From Actinomycetota bacterium (GTDB lineage: Bacteria; Actinomycetota; Actinomycetes; Actinomycetales; Microbacteriaceae): a stretch of 64,000 bases of DNA. Below are positions 1 through 8,447 of the stretch, one piece after another (within the stretch, counting starts at the first letter, position 1; every line of letters starts with the position of its first letter). The DNA is taken from NCBI GenBank assembly GCA_009923455.1, contig RFTL01000001.1, forward strand, positions 1,559 to 65,558, read 5' to 3'. The position numbers and the translations under genes are program-made. Under the pieces are notes generated by a model. That model made no database searches. It had not been told where the DNA came from and worked only from the letters and a program-made list of their open reading frames with translations.

Positions 1-463
1 GGTCCACGATTTGACCACGAACGGTTACCTCGTGAGCATCCTCGTTCATCTCTAGCTCACCAACTCGAATCACCGATTCAGCAACCTGCTCCTTGCCGGT
101 GCGACGCATGATTGCAGAAATTCGAGCCATGATCTCATCGAGACTAAATGGCTTCGTAACGTAGTCATCGCCACCAACAGTAAGTCCGGTGACCTTGTCC
201 TCGGTGTCATCGCGAGCGGTCAAAAACAGAATGGGGGTTTCAATACCCATGGATCGGATTTTCTTGGTGACACCGAACCCAGAAACATCCGGAAGCATGA
301 CATCTAGCAAGATGATGTCGGGTTGGTTGTCAATAATCTTGGCCACGGCATCGGTGCCATTGTGTGAGGTAATTACCTGGTGGCCAGCGAATCGCAGTGA
401 GGCAGAGAGCAAGTCTCTGATGTTTGGTTCATCATCTACAACGAGAACTTTGAGTGCGGTCAT
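1..463 (-). CDS. OmpR/PhoB-family response regulator (C-terminus beyond window edge)
   Basis: Hand translation of the reverse strand from ATG 463-461, with an in-frame TAG just upstream. It reads MTALKVLVVDDEPNIRDLL..PDIILLDVMLPDVSGF..LTARDDTEDKV..GGDDYVTKPFSLDEIMARI, a receiver domain followed by the start of a winged-helix domain. It is absent from the ORF track because there is no stop in the window. Confidence 0.85.
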   Translation of the reverse strand, partial: MTALKVLVVDDEPNIRDLLSASLRFAGHQVITSHNGTDAVAKIIDNQPDIILLDVMLPDVSGFGVTKKIRSMGIETPILFLTARDDTEDKVTGLTVGGDDYVTKPFSLDEIMARISAIMRRTGKEQVAESVIRVGELEMNEDAHEVTVRGQIVD

Positions 464-512
464 GCGCTAAGTATTCTCACAGTTACTGGATGTTTCCTGA
501 GAGTGTCCTGTG

Positions 513-2141
513 CTAAATCTGGTCGGCATCCACAATCTCATAGCTGTAGCCTTGCTCGGCCAAGAATCGCTGCCGATTTTGGGCAAAATCCTGCTCAACC
601 GTGTCTTTCGCAACCAGTGTGTAGAAGCTTGCGCTGCGACCATCAGCTTTTGGTCTGAGCAGCCGACCTAGGCGCTGAGCTTCCTCCTGGCGCGAGCCAA
701 AGGCCCCAGAGATTTGGATAGCAACCGAAGCTTCTGGCAGATCCACCGAGAAGTTCGCAACCTTTGAAACCACCAGCGCTTTTAGTTTTCCTAAGCGGAA
801 GTCTGAGAACAGCTGCTCCCGCTCAATAATCGGAGTCTCGCCGGTGAGCTTTGGCAGCCCGAGTGCGGTCGCAACTTGATCAATCTGCTCCAGGTATTGG
901 CCAATAATCAATGTCGGTTCGTCCGCGTGCTTTGCAAGCAATACTTTGATGATGCCGATTTTTGCACCCGCCGTGGCGGCAATTCTGAACCTGGTTTCCT
1001 GATCGGCGATGGCGTAATCCATCCGTGCTTCATCGGGCAGTTGAACTCGAATCTCAAAGCATTTAGCTGGTGCGATGTAACCTTGCGCCTCGATGTCCTT
1101 CCATGGGGCGTCGAATCTCTTGGGTCCAATTAGGGAGAAGACATCGGATTCCCTGCCATCTTCGCGAACCAAGGTTGCAGTTAACCCCAGCCGCTTTCTA
1201 GCCTGCAGATCGGCAGTCATCTTGAAGATTGGTGCGGGTAGCAGGTGGACCTCGTCATAGATGATCAAACCCCAGTCTCTGGCATTGAGTAGCTCAAGAT
1301 GGGCAAAATCACCTTTTCGCTTGGTGGTGAGGATCTGGTAGGTGGCAATGGTTACTGGAGCAATTTCCTTGCTTGATCCGGAGTATTCAGCGATATCTTC
1401 CTCGCGCAAGCTGGTGCGCTTGATTAGCTCCGCTCGCCACTGTCTGGCTGAGACCGTGTTGGTAACCAGAATCAAAGTGTTGGTTTTGATCATCGACATT
1501 GCGGTTGCGCCAACAATTGTTTTTCCAGCGCCACAGGGCAGTACCACAACGCCGTTGCCACCCAGCTCAAACTTCTTGGCAGCCTCCAGCTGGTAATCCC
1601 GGAGATTCCAACCGCTTTCAACCAGGTTGATCTCCATCGGAGTGCCAGGGGTGAAGCCGGCATTGTCCTCTGCGGGCCAGCCGAGTTTGAGGAGCTCTTG
1701 CTTTAGCTGTCCTCTTGCCCAGTCTCGAATGCGATAACCAGATTCAACTTCACCCTCCAACAGATCAGCAATCCTCTTCGTGGATGACACCTCGGCAAGG
1801 ATTGCCTTGGAATCTGAGCGCAACACCAAACCCTCTGAATCCCGAGATATCACCAATCGACCAAAGCGAGCAATGGTGTTCTCAATTTCTTGAGCAACGC
1901 CCTGGGGCACCGGAAACTTGGAATAGCGGTTTAGCACCTCGAGAACAAAGGCTGCATCGTGACCAGCGGCCCTGGCGTTCCAAAGACCCAGTTTGGTGAT
2001 TCGGTAGGTGTGAACATGCTCTGGAGCGCGCTCTAGCTCGGCAAAAATGGCCAACTCGTGTCTGGCTATCTCGGCATTTGGATGATCGGTTTCAAGCAGG
2101 ACAGTGCGATCGGACTGAACAATTAGCGGTCCAACAGGCAT
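513..2141 (-). CDS. ercc3: XPB/ERCC3-type SF2 DNA helicase
   Basis: 542 aa. Has Walker A LPCGAGKT, a DEVH box (IIYDEVHLLPA) and helicase C-terminal motifs. Same family as M. tuberculosis Rv0861c. Confidence 0.9.
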   Translation of the reverse strand: MPVGPLIVQSDRTVLLETDHPNAEIARHELAIFAELERAPEHVHTYRITKLGLWNARAAGHDAAFVLEVLNRYSKFPVPQGVAQEIENTIARFGRLVISRDSEGLVLRSDSKAILAEVSSTKRIADLLEGEVESGYRIRDWARGQLKQELLKLGWPAEDNAGFTPGTPMEINLVESGWNLRDYQLEAAKKFELGGNGVVVLPCGAGKTIVGATAMSMIKTNTLILVTNTVSARQWRAELIKRTSLREEDIAEYSGSSKEIAPVTIATYQILTTKRKGDFAHLELLNARDWGLIIYDEVHLLPAPIFKMTADLQARKRLGLTATLVREDGRESDVFSLIGPKRFDAPWKDIEAQGYIAPAKCFEIRVQLPDEARMDYAIADQETRFRIAATAGAKIGIIKVLLAKHADEPTLIIGQYLEQIDQVATALGLPKLTGETPIIEREQLFSDFRLGKLKALVVSKVANFSVDLPEASVAIQISGAFGSRQEEAQRLGRLLRPKADGRSASFYTLVAKDTVEQDFAQNRQRFLAEQGYSYEIVDADQI

Positions 2142-2150
2142 CCCTATAGC

Positions 2151-3725
2151 TTATGCGAGCCAGATGGATGTGATTCGACTAAGTGGAAGTGTGATCTCTG
2201 CTTCTTTGGCAGTGTCACGACCCCTGACTCGAGAACCAGCGAGCCCTAGCGGTTCAATCAAATGCTCACGCTCCGAACCATCTGGGTAGCTCACTCGAAC
2301 TCCAACCTTCAGCTTGTTTCGCAATGCAAACTGAAGTTGCCGCATGACATCATCCCCGCTTGGCTCAGTGGCCTCCTTGGTCATTAGAGCTCGAGCCTGC
2401 GCGGTTAGGTCACGTTCTGTCGAGGTAAGTTCAAGGGCAGCAATTCGAGGTGGCAAAACATGGCCCGCTTCATCCACACGGATTGCTGCATACCCACAGG
2501 AGCGTAGGTTCAGGTAGACCAGTTCGGCGTCTAAGCGAGAGAACAGCACTTCATCTCGCAGTTCGAACATGAGTGGCCGTAATGCGCTCTCACCGATGAT
2601 CTGGCGTCTCAAGATTGGATCTTGGCACCGAACCACCGAGGCGGTCCCAAGATCTGCAATCTTGATAGAACCGAATCTCGAGTCGGTCTCAGCCAGCAGG
2701 TACTCAACCGGCTGAGGAAGCGGTTGAATGCTCTTTGACAAAACCTTTCGAATCTCGGCCGCGCTCATGCCAGATTCCAGAGCGTGAGAGATGGTCAAGG
2801 CGCTGAGTCTGAACCTCGATGCCAGCCCTAGGTCCTCCGCCTGAGCCACCACATCCAACTGCCTGTGCAGTTTCGCCGAGATGGGCCCCAGTGTCATCAG
2901 GGAGAGATCCCCCTGCACCACAAAGCGGTCACTGGTTTCAGGAAGCTCTTTAGAAATCCACTTCCCAGAGGGCTCCGAAAGCTCAGGGGTTGGAATCTGA
3001 TTTTCGGTAAGTCCGAGAATTTCTGAAAAGCGAATCGCCTGAAATTGATTGGGGTCAATCAGTGGATACTCGGCAACTAGCTGATCCAGCAAAGGCTCTT
3101 GGCGAAGTTTTAGAGGTGGCAGGTCTAGAACTGCTTTAGCCAGCTTTAGCCATCGCTTCTCATTGTCAAGTTCGAGCCAGCCGAAGCCTTGCCTGGTGGC
3201 ATGAATGCGATCTGTGGCTTGATGTATAAACCCGCAGTGCACACCAAGTTGGTAAACGGTCTGAACCTCAATTGCAGAAAGCTTCAGGGTCTCACCGAGT
3301 TCTCTGGCATCAGGCGCTCGCAAACCTGCCTTCACTGGGATAAGAAGGCGCTTCTCAAAAGCGAATAGGAGTTCGGTCAGCGCTAAGAGGGTTTGATAAG
3401 CGGTCAGACCAGCGCCTTGGCCGGAAGTTGGTTTGTAGCTAAGCGCGATGGGTGTCAGTTCATCAACGAGCGAGCGTGCATCAGAGAACACTGTGTCAGT
3501 GGCTAGGAGTTGCTCCTGAAGTGACACTGTTGCTTTGCCAGATCTGAGATCTGAGAGGTCCTTTGTGCAAAGTCGCCTAATCCGTTTTTCAAGCTCACGC
3601 TTGGATAGCAAAGCCTTAGCAAGATCAAGCAGATCTGAAACTGATTCGTTTCCAGGTAGGTATTTCGCTACCTGCTCTGGACTGAGCTGCCTTAGGGCAG
3701 CCGCCAAAGCAAGTAGGTCACTCAA
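2151..3725 (-). CDS. XPB-associated conserved protein of unknown function (Rv0862c-like)
   Basis: 524-aa ORF ending 9 nt upstream of the XPB start. No catalytic motif is recognisable by eye. The family call rests on its position next to XPB (from memory). Confidence 0.65.
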   Translation of the reverse strand: MSDLLALAAALRQLSPEQVAKYLPGNESVSDLLDLAKALLSKRELEKRIRRLCTKDLSDLRSGKATVSLQEQLLATDTVFSDARSLVDELTPIALSYKPTSGQGAGLTAYQTLLALTELLFAFEKRLLIPVKAGLRAPDARELGETLKLSAIEVQTVYQLGVHCGFIHQATDRIHATRQGFGWLELDNEKRWLKLAKAVLDLPPLKLRQEPLLDQLVAEYPLIDPNQFQAIRFSEILGLTENQIPTPELSEPSGKWISKELPETSDRFVVQGDLSLMTLGPISAKLHRQLDVVAQAEDLGLASRFRLSALTISHALESGMSAAEIRKVLSKSIQPLPQPVEYLLAETDSRFGSIKIADLGTASVVRCQDPILRRQIIGESALRPLMFELRDEVLFSRLDAELVYLNLRSCGYAAIRVDEAGHVLPPRIAALELTSTERDLTAQARALMTKEATEPSGDDVMRQLQFALRNKLKVGVRVSYPDGSEREHLIEPLGLAGSRVRGRDTAKEAEITLPLSRITSIWLA

Positions 3726-3962
3726 CTAGTTCCGATTCTCTTTGCGTCGTTTGAGAACAGAGATAACAAGTAGCGCCATGATCATGATGAATCCGACTGG
3801 CAATCCAATCAGCGGGAGTTGAACTATCAGCGGTGGAATGGTCTCCGCCTGGAAAAGTGCCGCCAGCAGGGTGGCAAAAATAGACAGGATAGACAGCAGA
3901 ATCAGAGCGGTCGCACCATAGGCGAGAACCGTCTCCAGCTGCACGCGCTTTTTTTCGGCCAT
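3726..3962 (-). CDS. small membrane protein (2 predicted TM helices)
   Basis: 78 aa with two long hydrophobic stretches (ATALILLSILSIFATLLAALF and LPLIGLPVGFIMIMALLVISV) and a basic tail. Its stop abuts the start of the downstream 524-aa gene (3726/3725). Confidence 0.55.
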   Translation of the reverse strand: MAEKKRVQLETVLAYGATALILLSILSIFATLLAALFQAETIPPLIVQLPLIGLPVGFIMIMALLVISVLKRRKENRN

Positions 3963-4018
3963 CCGATAACTTTACCTTTCGGTTACACTTATCGCCGTTC
4001 CAAGGAAAGTGGTGATCT

Positions 4019-4399
4019 ATGCCAACCGGCAAAGTTAAGTTCTTCGATGACGAAAAGGGCTTCGGCTTTATCGCAGGAGATGACGGCAGTGAAGTATTCC
4101 TGCACATCTCGGCGCTACCCGCTGGCACCTCCACCATCCGCCAGGGAACTCGCGTTGAATACGGAATCATTGACGGTCGCAAGGGCGCTCAGGCTCTGAG
4201 CGTGCGCATCATCGAGGTTCCAACCCTCACCGCAGTAAATCGCAAGCCTGCCGAGGACCTGGCGATCATCACCGAGGATCTGATTCGTCTTCTGGACGAG
4301 ATTGGTGGAAACCTCAAGCGCGGCAAATACCCAGAGTCTTCCCACGGTCGCAAGGTAGCGGCGCTGCTGCGCCGAGTCGCAGACGAACTTGAAGGATAA
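4019..4399 (+). CDS. cold-shock domain protein with C-terminal extension
   Basis: N-terminus MPTGKVKFFDDEKGFGFIAGDDGSEVFLHISAL carries the CspA RNP1/RNP2 motifs. At 126 aa it resembles the long actinobacterial CspB type. Confidence 0.9.
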   Translation: MPTGKVKFFDDEKGFGFIAGDDGSEVFLHISALPAGTSTIRQGTRVEYGIIDGRKGAQALSVRIIEVPTLTAVNRKPAEDLAIITEDLIRLLDEIGGNLKRGKYPESSHGRKVAALLRRVADELEG

Positions 4400-4892
4400 G
4401 TTGGCCGCCGCTCAGGCGGTGTTGGCAGAAACCTCAGATCCGGGTTCGGTTGGGGACTACCTCGGCGAATTCGAAGTTTCTAAAGGCGCTCTCGAGCTCA
4501 GATTCGACTGCACCATGCGCGGCTATAAGGGCTGGTATTGGTCCGTAGTGTTTACTCAGGTTGAAAAGCGCAAAGAAGCAACCATCTCGGAGATTAACCT
4601 GCTCGCTGGTGAGGGTGCTCTTTTGGCTCCAGCTTGGGTGCCATGGGCTGAGCGCTTGGCTGAGTTCAGAAAGCAGCTAAGAGAGTCTGGCCGCGCCAAG
4701 ACTGACGCCGAAGCAGATGAGTTGATTCGCGATATGACTTCAGCTTTTGGGGGTCATGGTGAGGCCAACGAGTCCGAGCCCGACGCCGACCAGAGCAGTG
4801 TGAAGCCACCACTCAAGACCCGCGTTCGCCAGCGTCGGATAAAGCGCAGCGAGGACAATCACGGCGATACCCCAGCCGAGGGTGCCGAGTAA
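4389..4892 (+). CDS. DUF3027-like protein
   Basis: 167 aa. GYKGWYWSVVFTQ and LLAPAWVPWAERL resemble the DUF3027 family that follows csp in Actinobacteria (from memory). TTG start; the C-terminal 50 aa overlap an antisense gene. Confidence 0.6.
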   Translation: MKDKLAAAQAVLAETSDPGSVGDYLGEFEVSKGALELRFDCTMRGYKGWYWSVVFTQVEKRKEATISEINLLAGEGALLAPAWVPWAERLAEFRKQLRESGRAKTDAEADELIRDMTSAFGGHGEANESEPDADQSSVKPPLKTRVRQRRIKRSEDNHGDTPAEGAE

Positions 4893-4967
4893 CACCACGC
4901 GTCTAGCGTTTACCTTCTCTGGCTCTGGAGAATCTTTGCGATCACCAAACTTCACAAACACTTTCAT
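4740..4967 (-). CDS. small 2-TM membrane protein (DUF2530-like)
   Basis: Taking the internal ATG 4967-4965 gives MKVFVKFGDRKD.. followed by two hydrophobic helices. This ATG overlaps the serC stop TGA (4966-4964) in an ATGA arrangement, which suggests translational coupling. Confidence 0.6.
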   Translation of the reverse strand: MKVFVKFGDRKDSPEPEKVNARRVVLLGTLGWGIAVIVLAALYPTLANAGLEWWLHTALVGVGLGLVGLTMTPKS

Positions 4968-6085
4968 GACATGCGCTCCAAGACAAACTCGATGCACTTA
5001 ACCAAGGCTTTGACATCCGAAGGTTCGGTAGCAACAAAGGTTGCCACGCGAAGCTGATTTCTGCCGAGCTTGCGATAGGGATCGGTGTCCACAATGTTGT
5101 TCTCACGAAGTATCTTGGCGAGCTTGGCAGCATCAACCGAGTCATCAAAGTCAATTGTTACGACCACCTGGGAGCGGTGATCAGGGTTTGAAACAAAGGC
5201 CTTGGCCTTTGGGTGGGCATCTGCCCAGGCGTAGAGCAAATCAGAAGACTCCTTGGTGCGGGCTGCAGCCCAGGTCAAACCCCCGTTTCGGTTCAGCCAT
5301 TTGATTTGGTCGTTCAAAAGAAACAGGGTCGCAATTGCTGGAGTATTCAGGGTTTGGTTCAGTCTTGAGTTGTCTAGGGCAACCTTGAGGCTCAGGAACT
5401 CCGGGATATAGCGATCAGAGGCAGCAACTGCTTCAATTCGTTCGATTGCCTTTGGAGAAACAAGTGCTAACCAGAGCCCGCCATCTGACGCAAAGTTTTT
5501 TTGCGGCGCGAAGTAGTAGACATCGGTCTGTGAGAGATCGAAATCAACACCGCCAGCAGCACTGGTGGCATCGGTAAGCATCAGAGCATCGGCGTCGCCG
5601 TTAATACGTTTAACAGGCGCAATCACACCGGTAGAGGTTTCATTATGGGGATAGACGTACAGATCAACCCCCACCTCAGGGTAAAGCTCCGCTCTCGATC
5701 CGGGCTCTGCCTTCACGATGGTCGGTGCCTCAAGCCATGGAGTCGTGAGGGCATTTGCAAACTTTGAACCAAACTCACCGTGCACCAGGGCTTGTGCTTT
5801 TCGAAGTGCCAAAGAGAAAGCAGCGGCATCCCAAAATGCGGTGGAACCACCGTTTCCGAGAATCACTTCATAGCCCTCGGGGGCTCTGAAGAACTCCAGC
5901 AGACCGGATCGAATCTCGCCGACTAGGTCTTTGATCGGGGCCTGGCGGTGCGAGGTTCCCATCAACGCAGCGCCTCGGGTTGAAAAGTTAGCCAGTTGCT
6001 CAGCTCTAGTTCTAGAGGGACCACATCCGAAGCGACCATCTTTGGGTAGTAGCTGGGGGTCAATAACTAGCTCTGGCATAGGCAA
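4964..6085 (-). CDS. serC: phosphoserine aminotransferase (actinobacterial type)
   Basis: 373 aa. The N-terminus LPKDGRFGCGPSRTR and the overall length are typical of actinobacterial SerC (Rv0884c type). Confidence 0.85.
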   Translation of the reverse strand: MPMPELVIDPQLLPKDGRFGCGPSRTRAEQLANFSTRGAALMGTSHRQAPIKDLVGEIRSGLLEFFRAPEGYEVILGNGGSTAFWDAAAFSLALRKAQALVHGEFGSKFANALTTPWLEAPTIVKAEPGSRAELYPEVGVDLYVYPHNETSTGVIAPVKRINGDADALMLTDATSAAGGVDFDLSQTDVYYFAPQKNFASDGGLWLALVSPKAIERIEAVAASDRYIPEFLSLKVALDNSRLNQTLNTPAIATLFLLNDQIKWLNRNGGLTWAAARTKESSDLLYAWADAHPKAKAFVSNPDHRSQVVVTIDFDDSVDAAKLAKILRENNIVDTDPYRKLGRNQLRVATFVATEPSDVKALVKCIEFVLERMS

Positions 6086-6132
6086 AGTTTAGTGCCGGGG
6101 TATTAGTCTGATGGCTGCAGGCAGGGGATTTT

Positions 6133-6810
6133 GTGACCGATCTAATCGATACGACCGAGATGTACCTCAAGGCAATTTTGGAGCTTGAGGAGGAGGGCAT
6201 CACGCCCATGCGCGCTCGCATCGCTGAGCGCCTCGATCACTCCGGTCCAACTGTTTCGCAAACCGTCGCCCGAATGGAGCGCGACGGTCTTCTCAAAGTT
6301 GCCGATGATCGCGCCTTGGAATTTACCGATGAGGGCAGGCTTACTGCCATCGAGGTCATGCGTAAGCACCGTTTGGCTGAAAGACTTTTGGTAGAGGTAA
6401 TTGGCCTGGATTGGCACCTGGTTCACGAGGAAGCCTGTCGCTGGGAACATGTAATGAGTGAGCAAGTGGAGCGCAAGCTACTTACGATTCTCTCGGACCC
6501 AAGCACCTCACCCTACGGAATGCCGGTGCCTGGTCTGGAACTATTGGGTTATCAAGCCCCTGTCCAAAAGCCGGTATACCCAGTGGCTCAACTAGACAGC
6601 GGTGAGTATGTGATCGCAAGAATTGGTGAGCCATTACAGCTTGATTACCAGTTCCTCGGTCAACTCAGGGATTTGGGATTACTGCCTGGAACCAGGGTTC
6701 AGCTGGAATCAGGAGCCACCTGGTTTTTGCTGAGAATTGGCTCAGAAGAAGGCATGGTTTTAGATGCTCAACTTGCATCACACCTGTTCCTGAGCAAAAT
6801 AGAACACTGA
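6133..6810 (+). CDS. ideR: DtxR/IdeR-family iron-dependent transcriptional repressor
   Basis: 225 aa. DTTEMYLKAILELEEEGITPMRARIAERLDHSGPTVSQTVARMERDGLL is near-identical in pattern to IdeR. Metal ligands are present (M10, H79/E83/H98, C102/E105/H106 as CRWEH), and there is a C-terminal SH3-like domain. Confidence 0.85.
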   Translation: MTDLIDTTEMYLKAILELEEEGITPMRARIAERLDHSGPTVSQTVARMERDGLLKVADDRALEFTDEGRLTAIEVMRKHRLAERLLVEVIGLDWHLVHEEACRWEHVMSEQVERKLLTILSDPSTSPYGMPVPGLELLGYQAPVQKPVYPVAQLDSGEYVIARIGEPLQLDYQFLGQLRDLGLLPGTRVQLESGATWFLLRIGSEEGMVLDAQLASHLFLSKIEH

Positions 6811-6859
6811 GCTATACTCGCAAAGCGGAAGTTCCAATGAAGTTTTCGGAGGATTCCTT

Positions 6860-7597
6860 TTGAATTCAGCAGCTGATAATCAGCTATCGCGCAAGGCAAT
6901 TCGCCAGGCGCGTTCGCGCAAGCGCATCAAGGTGCAGTTCAAGGCACCGCAGCTTCGTCGCGTGCTGACCATGGCGGTTGCATCTGGATTGATGGCAACC
7001 ACCGCTCTGCCTTCCTACGGATATGACCCGGAGATTACTGCGCTCACCGGCCTAGCAAGAGATCACAGTGTCAAGGCTCCAGCTTTGCAGGAGCTATCCA
7101 TTGCACTGGGTGAGGATGTTGAGTTCACCCGCGGAGAATTCACCCCTGCTGACGCTTCAGATTTTGAAGTCACCATTAGAAGAAATCGGGTCTACACCGG
7201 CCCGACCTTTGAGGACTATCTAGCCAAACCACGCTTCACCACCGTTACCAGCGCAAACGTGATGAAGGCAGCCGCAGAGCTGGTTGGCGTTCCTTATGTC
7301 TTCGGTGGCGAAACGCCGCTTGGCTTTGACTGCTCCGGCTACGTGATGTTCATCTACTCGCAGTTCGGTGTCGCCCTGCCACACAGCGTTTACCAGCAGG
7401 CCAAGCTTGCCAAGAAGATCAAGCTTGAGGATGCGGTTCCAGGAGACATCGTGGTCTTCAACGACTACAGCCACAACGGCATCTACGCGGGTAATGGCAA
7501 CTTCTATCACGCGCCTCAGCCTGGAGATCGAGTCAAGTTGGCTCCGATCTTCACGCAGCGCTACCACATCGTGCGATTTGTCGACATCGTTGACTAA
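6860..7597 (+). CDS. NlpC/P60-family peptidoglycan endopeptidase (secreted)
   Basis: C-terminal GVPYVFGGETPLGFDCSGYV...H..Y is the catalytic Cys-His core of NlpC/P60. The N-terminus is basic and hydrophobic, like a signal peptide. The start is uncertain (TTG 6860). Confidence 0.85.
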   Translation: MNSAADNQLSRKAIRQARSRKRIKVQFKAPQLRRVLTMAVASGLMATTALPSYGYDPEITALTGLARDHSVKAPALQELSIALGEDVEFTRGEFTPADASDFEVTIRRNRVYTGPTFEDYLAKPRFTTVTSANVMKAAAELVGVPYVFGGETPLGFDCSGYVMFIYSQFGVALPHSVYQQAKLAKKIKLEDAVPGDIVVFNDYSHNGIYAGNGNFYHAPQPGDRVKLAPIFTQRYHIVRFVDIVD

Positions 7598-7675
7598 ATA
7601 AAGCTTCGAAAAACTTCTGCGTTTCTAAGCGGGGTTTTTGTTTTGTAAGTCGTAATCTCTCACCAAGTGTTGACC

Positions 7676-7811
7676 TATTGGTTGCGGGAGGGGTGTGAGA
7701 TGCCAGCGATACAACAAGCCAAGTTGGGTAATTGGGTCCATCTGCACCAACACCCCGCAATACCAAGCGGAGATTTTTCGCGCGTCGCTTTTTGCGGCGC
7801 GTTTTTTGTTT
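7676..7811 (+). ncRNA. candidate structured sRNA or 5' leader (unclassified)
   Basis: Three nested helices: 7682-7688/7754-7760 (TTGCGGG/CCCGCAA), 7692-7695/7745-7748 (GGTG/CACC) and 7698-7702/7739-7743 (AGATG/CATCT). An intrinsic terminator follows. This is the largest non-coding gap in the window, and the 5' end is not defined. Confidence 0.3.
7779..7811 (+). terminator. rho-independent terminator
   Basis: All-GC stem CGCGC(GT)CGC / GCGGCGCG (8 bp, 2-nt bulge) with a TTTTT loop, followed by TTTTTTGTTT. Confidence 0.7.
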
Positions 7812-7866
7812 CCGGGCAACTCGAAAACCCACAAACCATGTGGGCGATTTCGACAAGGAGAAAAGA

Positions 7867-8370
7867 TTGCGCACCCTCGTACTAAACGCTGGTTATGAAC
7901 CGCTCGCTGTTGTCTCATTCAAGCGAGCATTGGTTTTGGTCCTGAATCAAAAGGCAACCATCTTGGCGGGAGTAGGTGAGGGCAGGGTCAGAAGCGCAAG
8001 CTCGGAATACGAATTACCGGCCGTAATCCTGCTGCAGCGCTATGTCAGAATTCCAAATTCACGCCAGATTCCAGTCAGCAGACGTGGTGTGCTCAGGCGG
8101 GATTCGCATCGCTGCGGTTACTGCGGGAAATCTGCCAACACAATCGATCACATCCTCCCCAAATCTCGAGGGGGAGCCGACAGTTGGGAAAACTTGGTTG
8201 CTTGCTGTTTGAAGTGCAACAACCTAAAAAGTGACAAGACCCCAGCGGAGATGGGCTGGCAGCTCAGGGTCACTCCCAAGATGCCAAGCGGAGTGATTTG
8301 GACAGTTAGGGGAGCTGAAAAAGAAGAGCCGCACTGGAGAGAGTTTTTGACCTATCAGCAAGCTGCCTAG
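7867..8370 (+). CDS. small HNH endonuclease
   Basis: HNH core is RCGYCG...IDHILPKSRGGADSWENLVACCLKCNNLK. I place the start at TTG 7867 because AAGGAG (7855-7860) lies 6 nt upstream and the product then begins MRTLVLNAGYEPL. The ORF-track start at 7732 would read through a terminator. Confidence 0.85.
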   Translation: MRTLVLNAGYEPLAVVSFKRALVLVLNQKATILAGVGEGRVRSASSEYELPAVILLQRYVRIPNSRQIPVSRRGVLRRDSHRCGYCGKSANTIDHILPKSRGGADSWENLVACCLKCNNLKSDKTPAEMGWQLRVTPKMPSGVIWTVRGAEKEEPHWREFLTYQQAA

Positions 8371-8371
8371 T

Positions 8372-8447
8372 TGGTGGCCCCGATAGGAATCGAACCTACG
8401 ACACACGGTTTAGGAAACCGTTGCTCTATCCACTGAGCTACGAGGCC
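8372..8447 (-). tRNA. tRNA-Arg (anticodon CCT), CCA encoded
   Basis: A 76-nt cloverleaf folded by hand. Acceptor GGCCTCG/CGGGGCC, anticodon stem ACGGT/ACCGT, loop TTCCTAA, T arm GTAGG-TTCGATT-CCTAT. Confidence 0.9.

Noticed and set aside
189-470. 93-aa plus-strand ORF at the window start
   Set aside because: It is antisense to a clear response-regulator receiver domain and has no motif of its own.
6811-6859. c-di-AMP (ydaO-type) riboswitch, often found upstream of actinobacterial cell-wall hydrolase genes
   Set aside because: Only about 49 nt are available before the ORF start, too short for that aptamer, and I saw no matching conserved segments.
7551-7918. Cluster of overlapping 67-107-aa ORFs on both strands in the P60-HNH spacer, plus the long N-terminal extension of the HNH ORF from 7732
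   Set aside because: They are mutually exclusive and Arg/Lys/Pro-rich, and they cross a strong terminator hairpin. The HNH gene has a good AAGGAG-N6-TTG start at 7867. The region is better explained as non-coding RNA.
7598-8370. Idea that the structured RNA plus the HNH gene is a HEARO/IscB (OMEGA)-type RNA-guided nuclease
   Set aside because: The HNH protein is only about 167 aa and has no RuvC-like segments. It belongs to a small, conserved actinobacterial HNH family. The RNA is about 140 nt and ends in a terminator before the gene. No transposon ends or repeats are visible.
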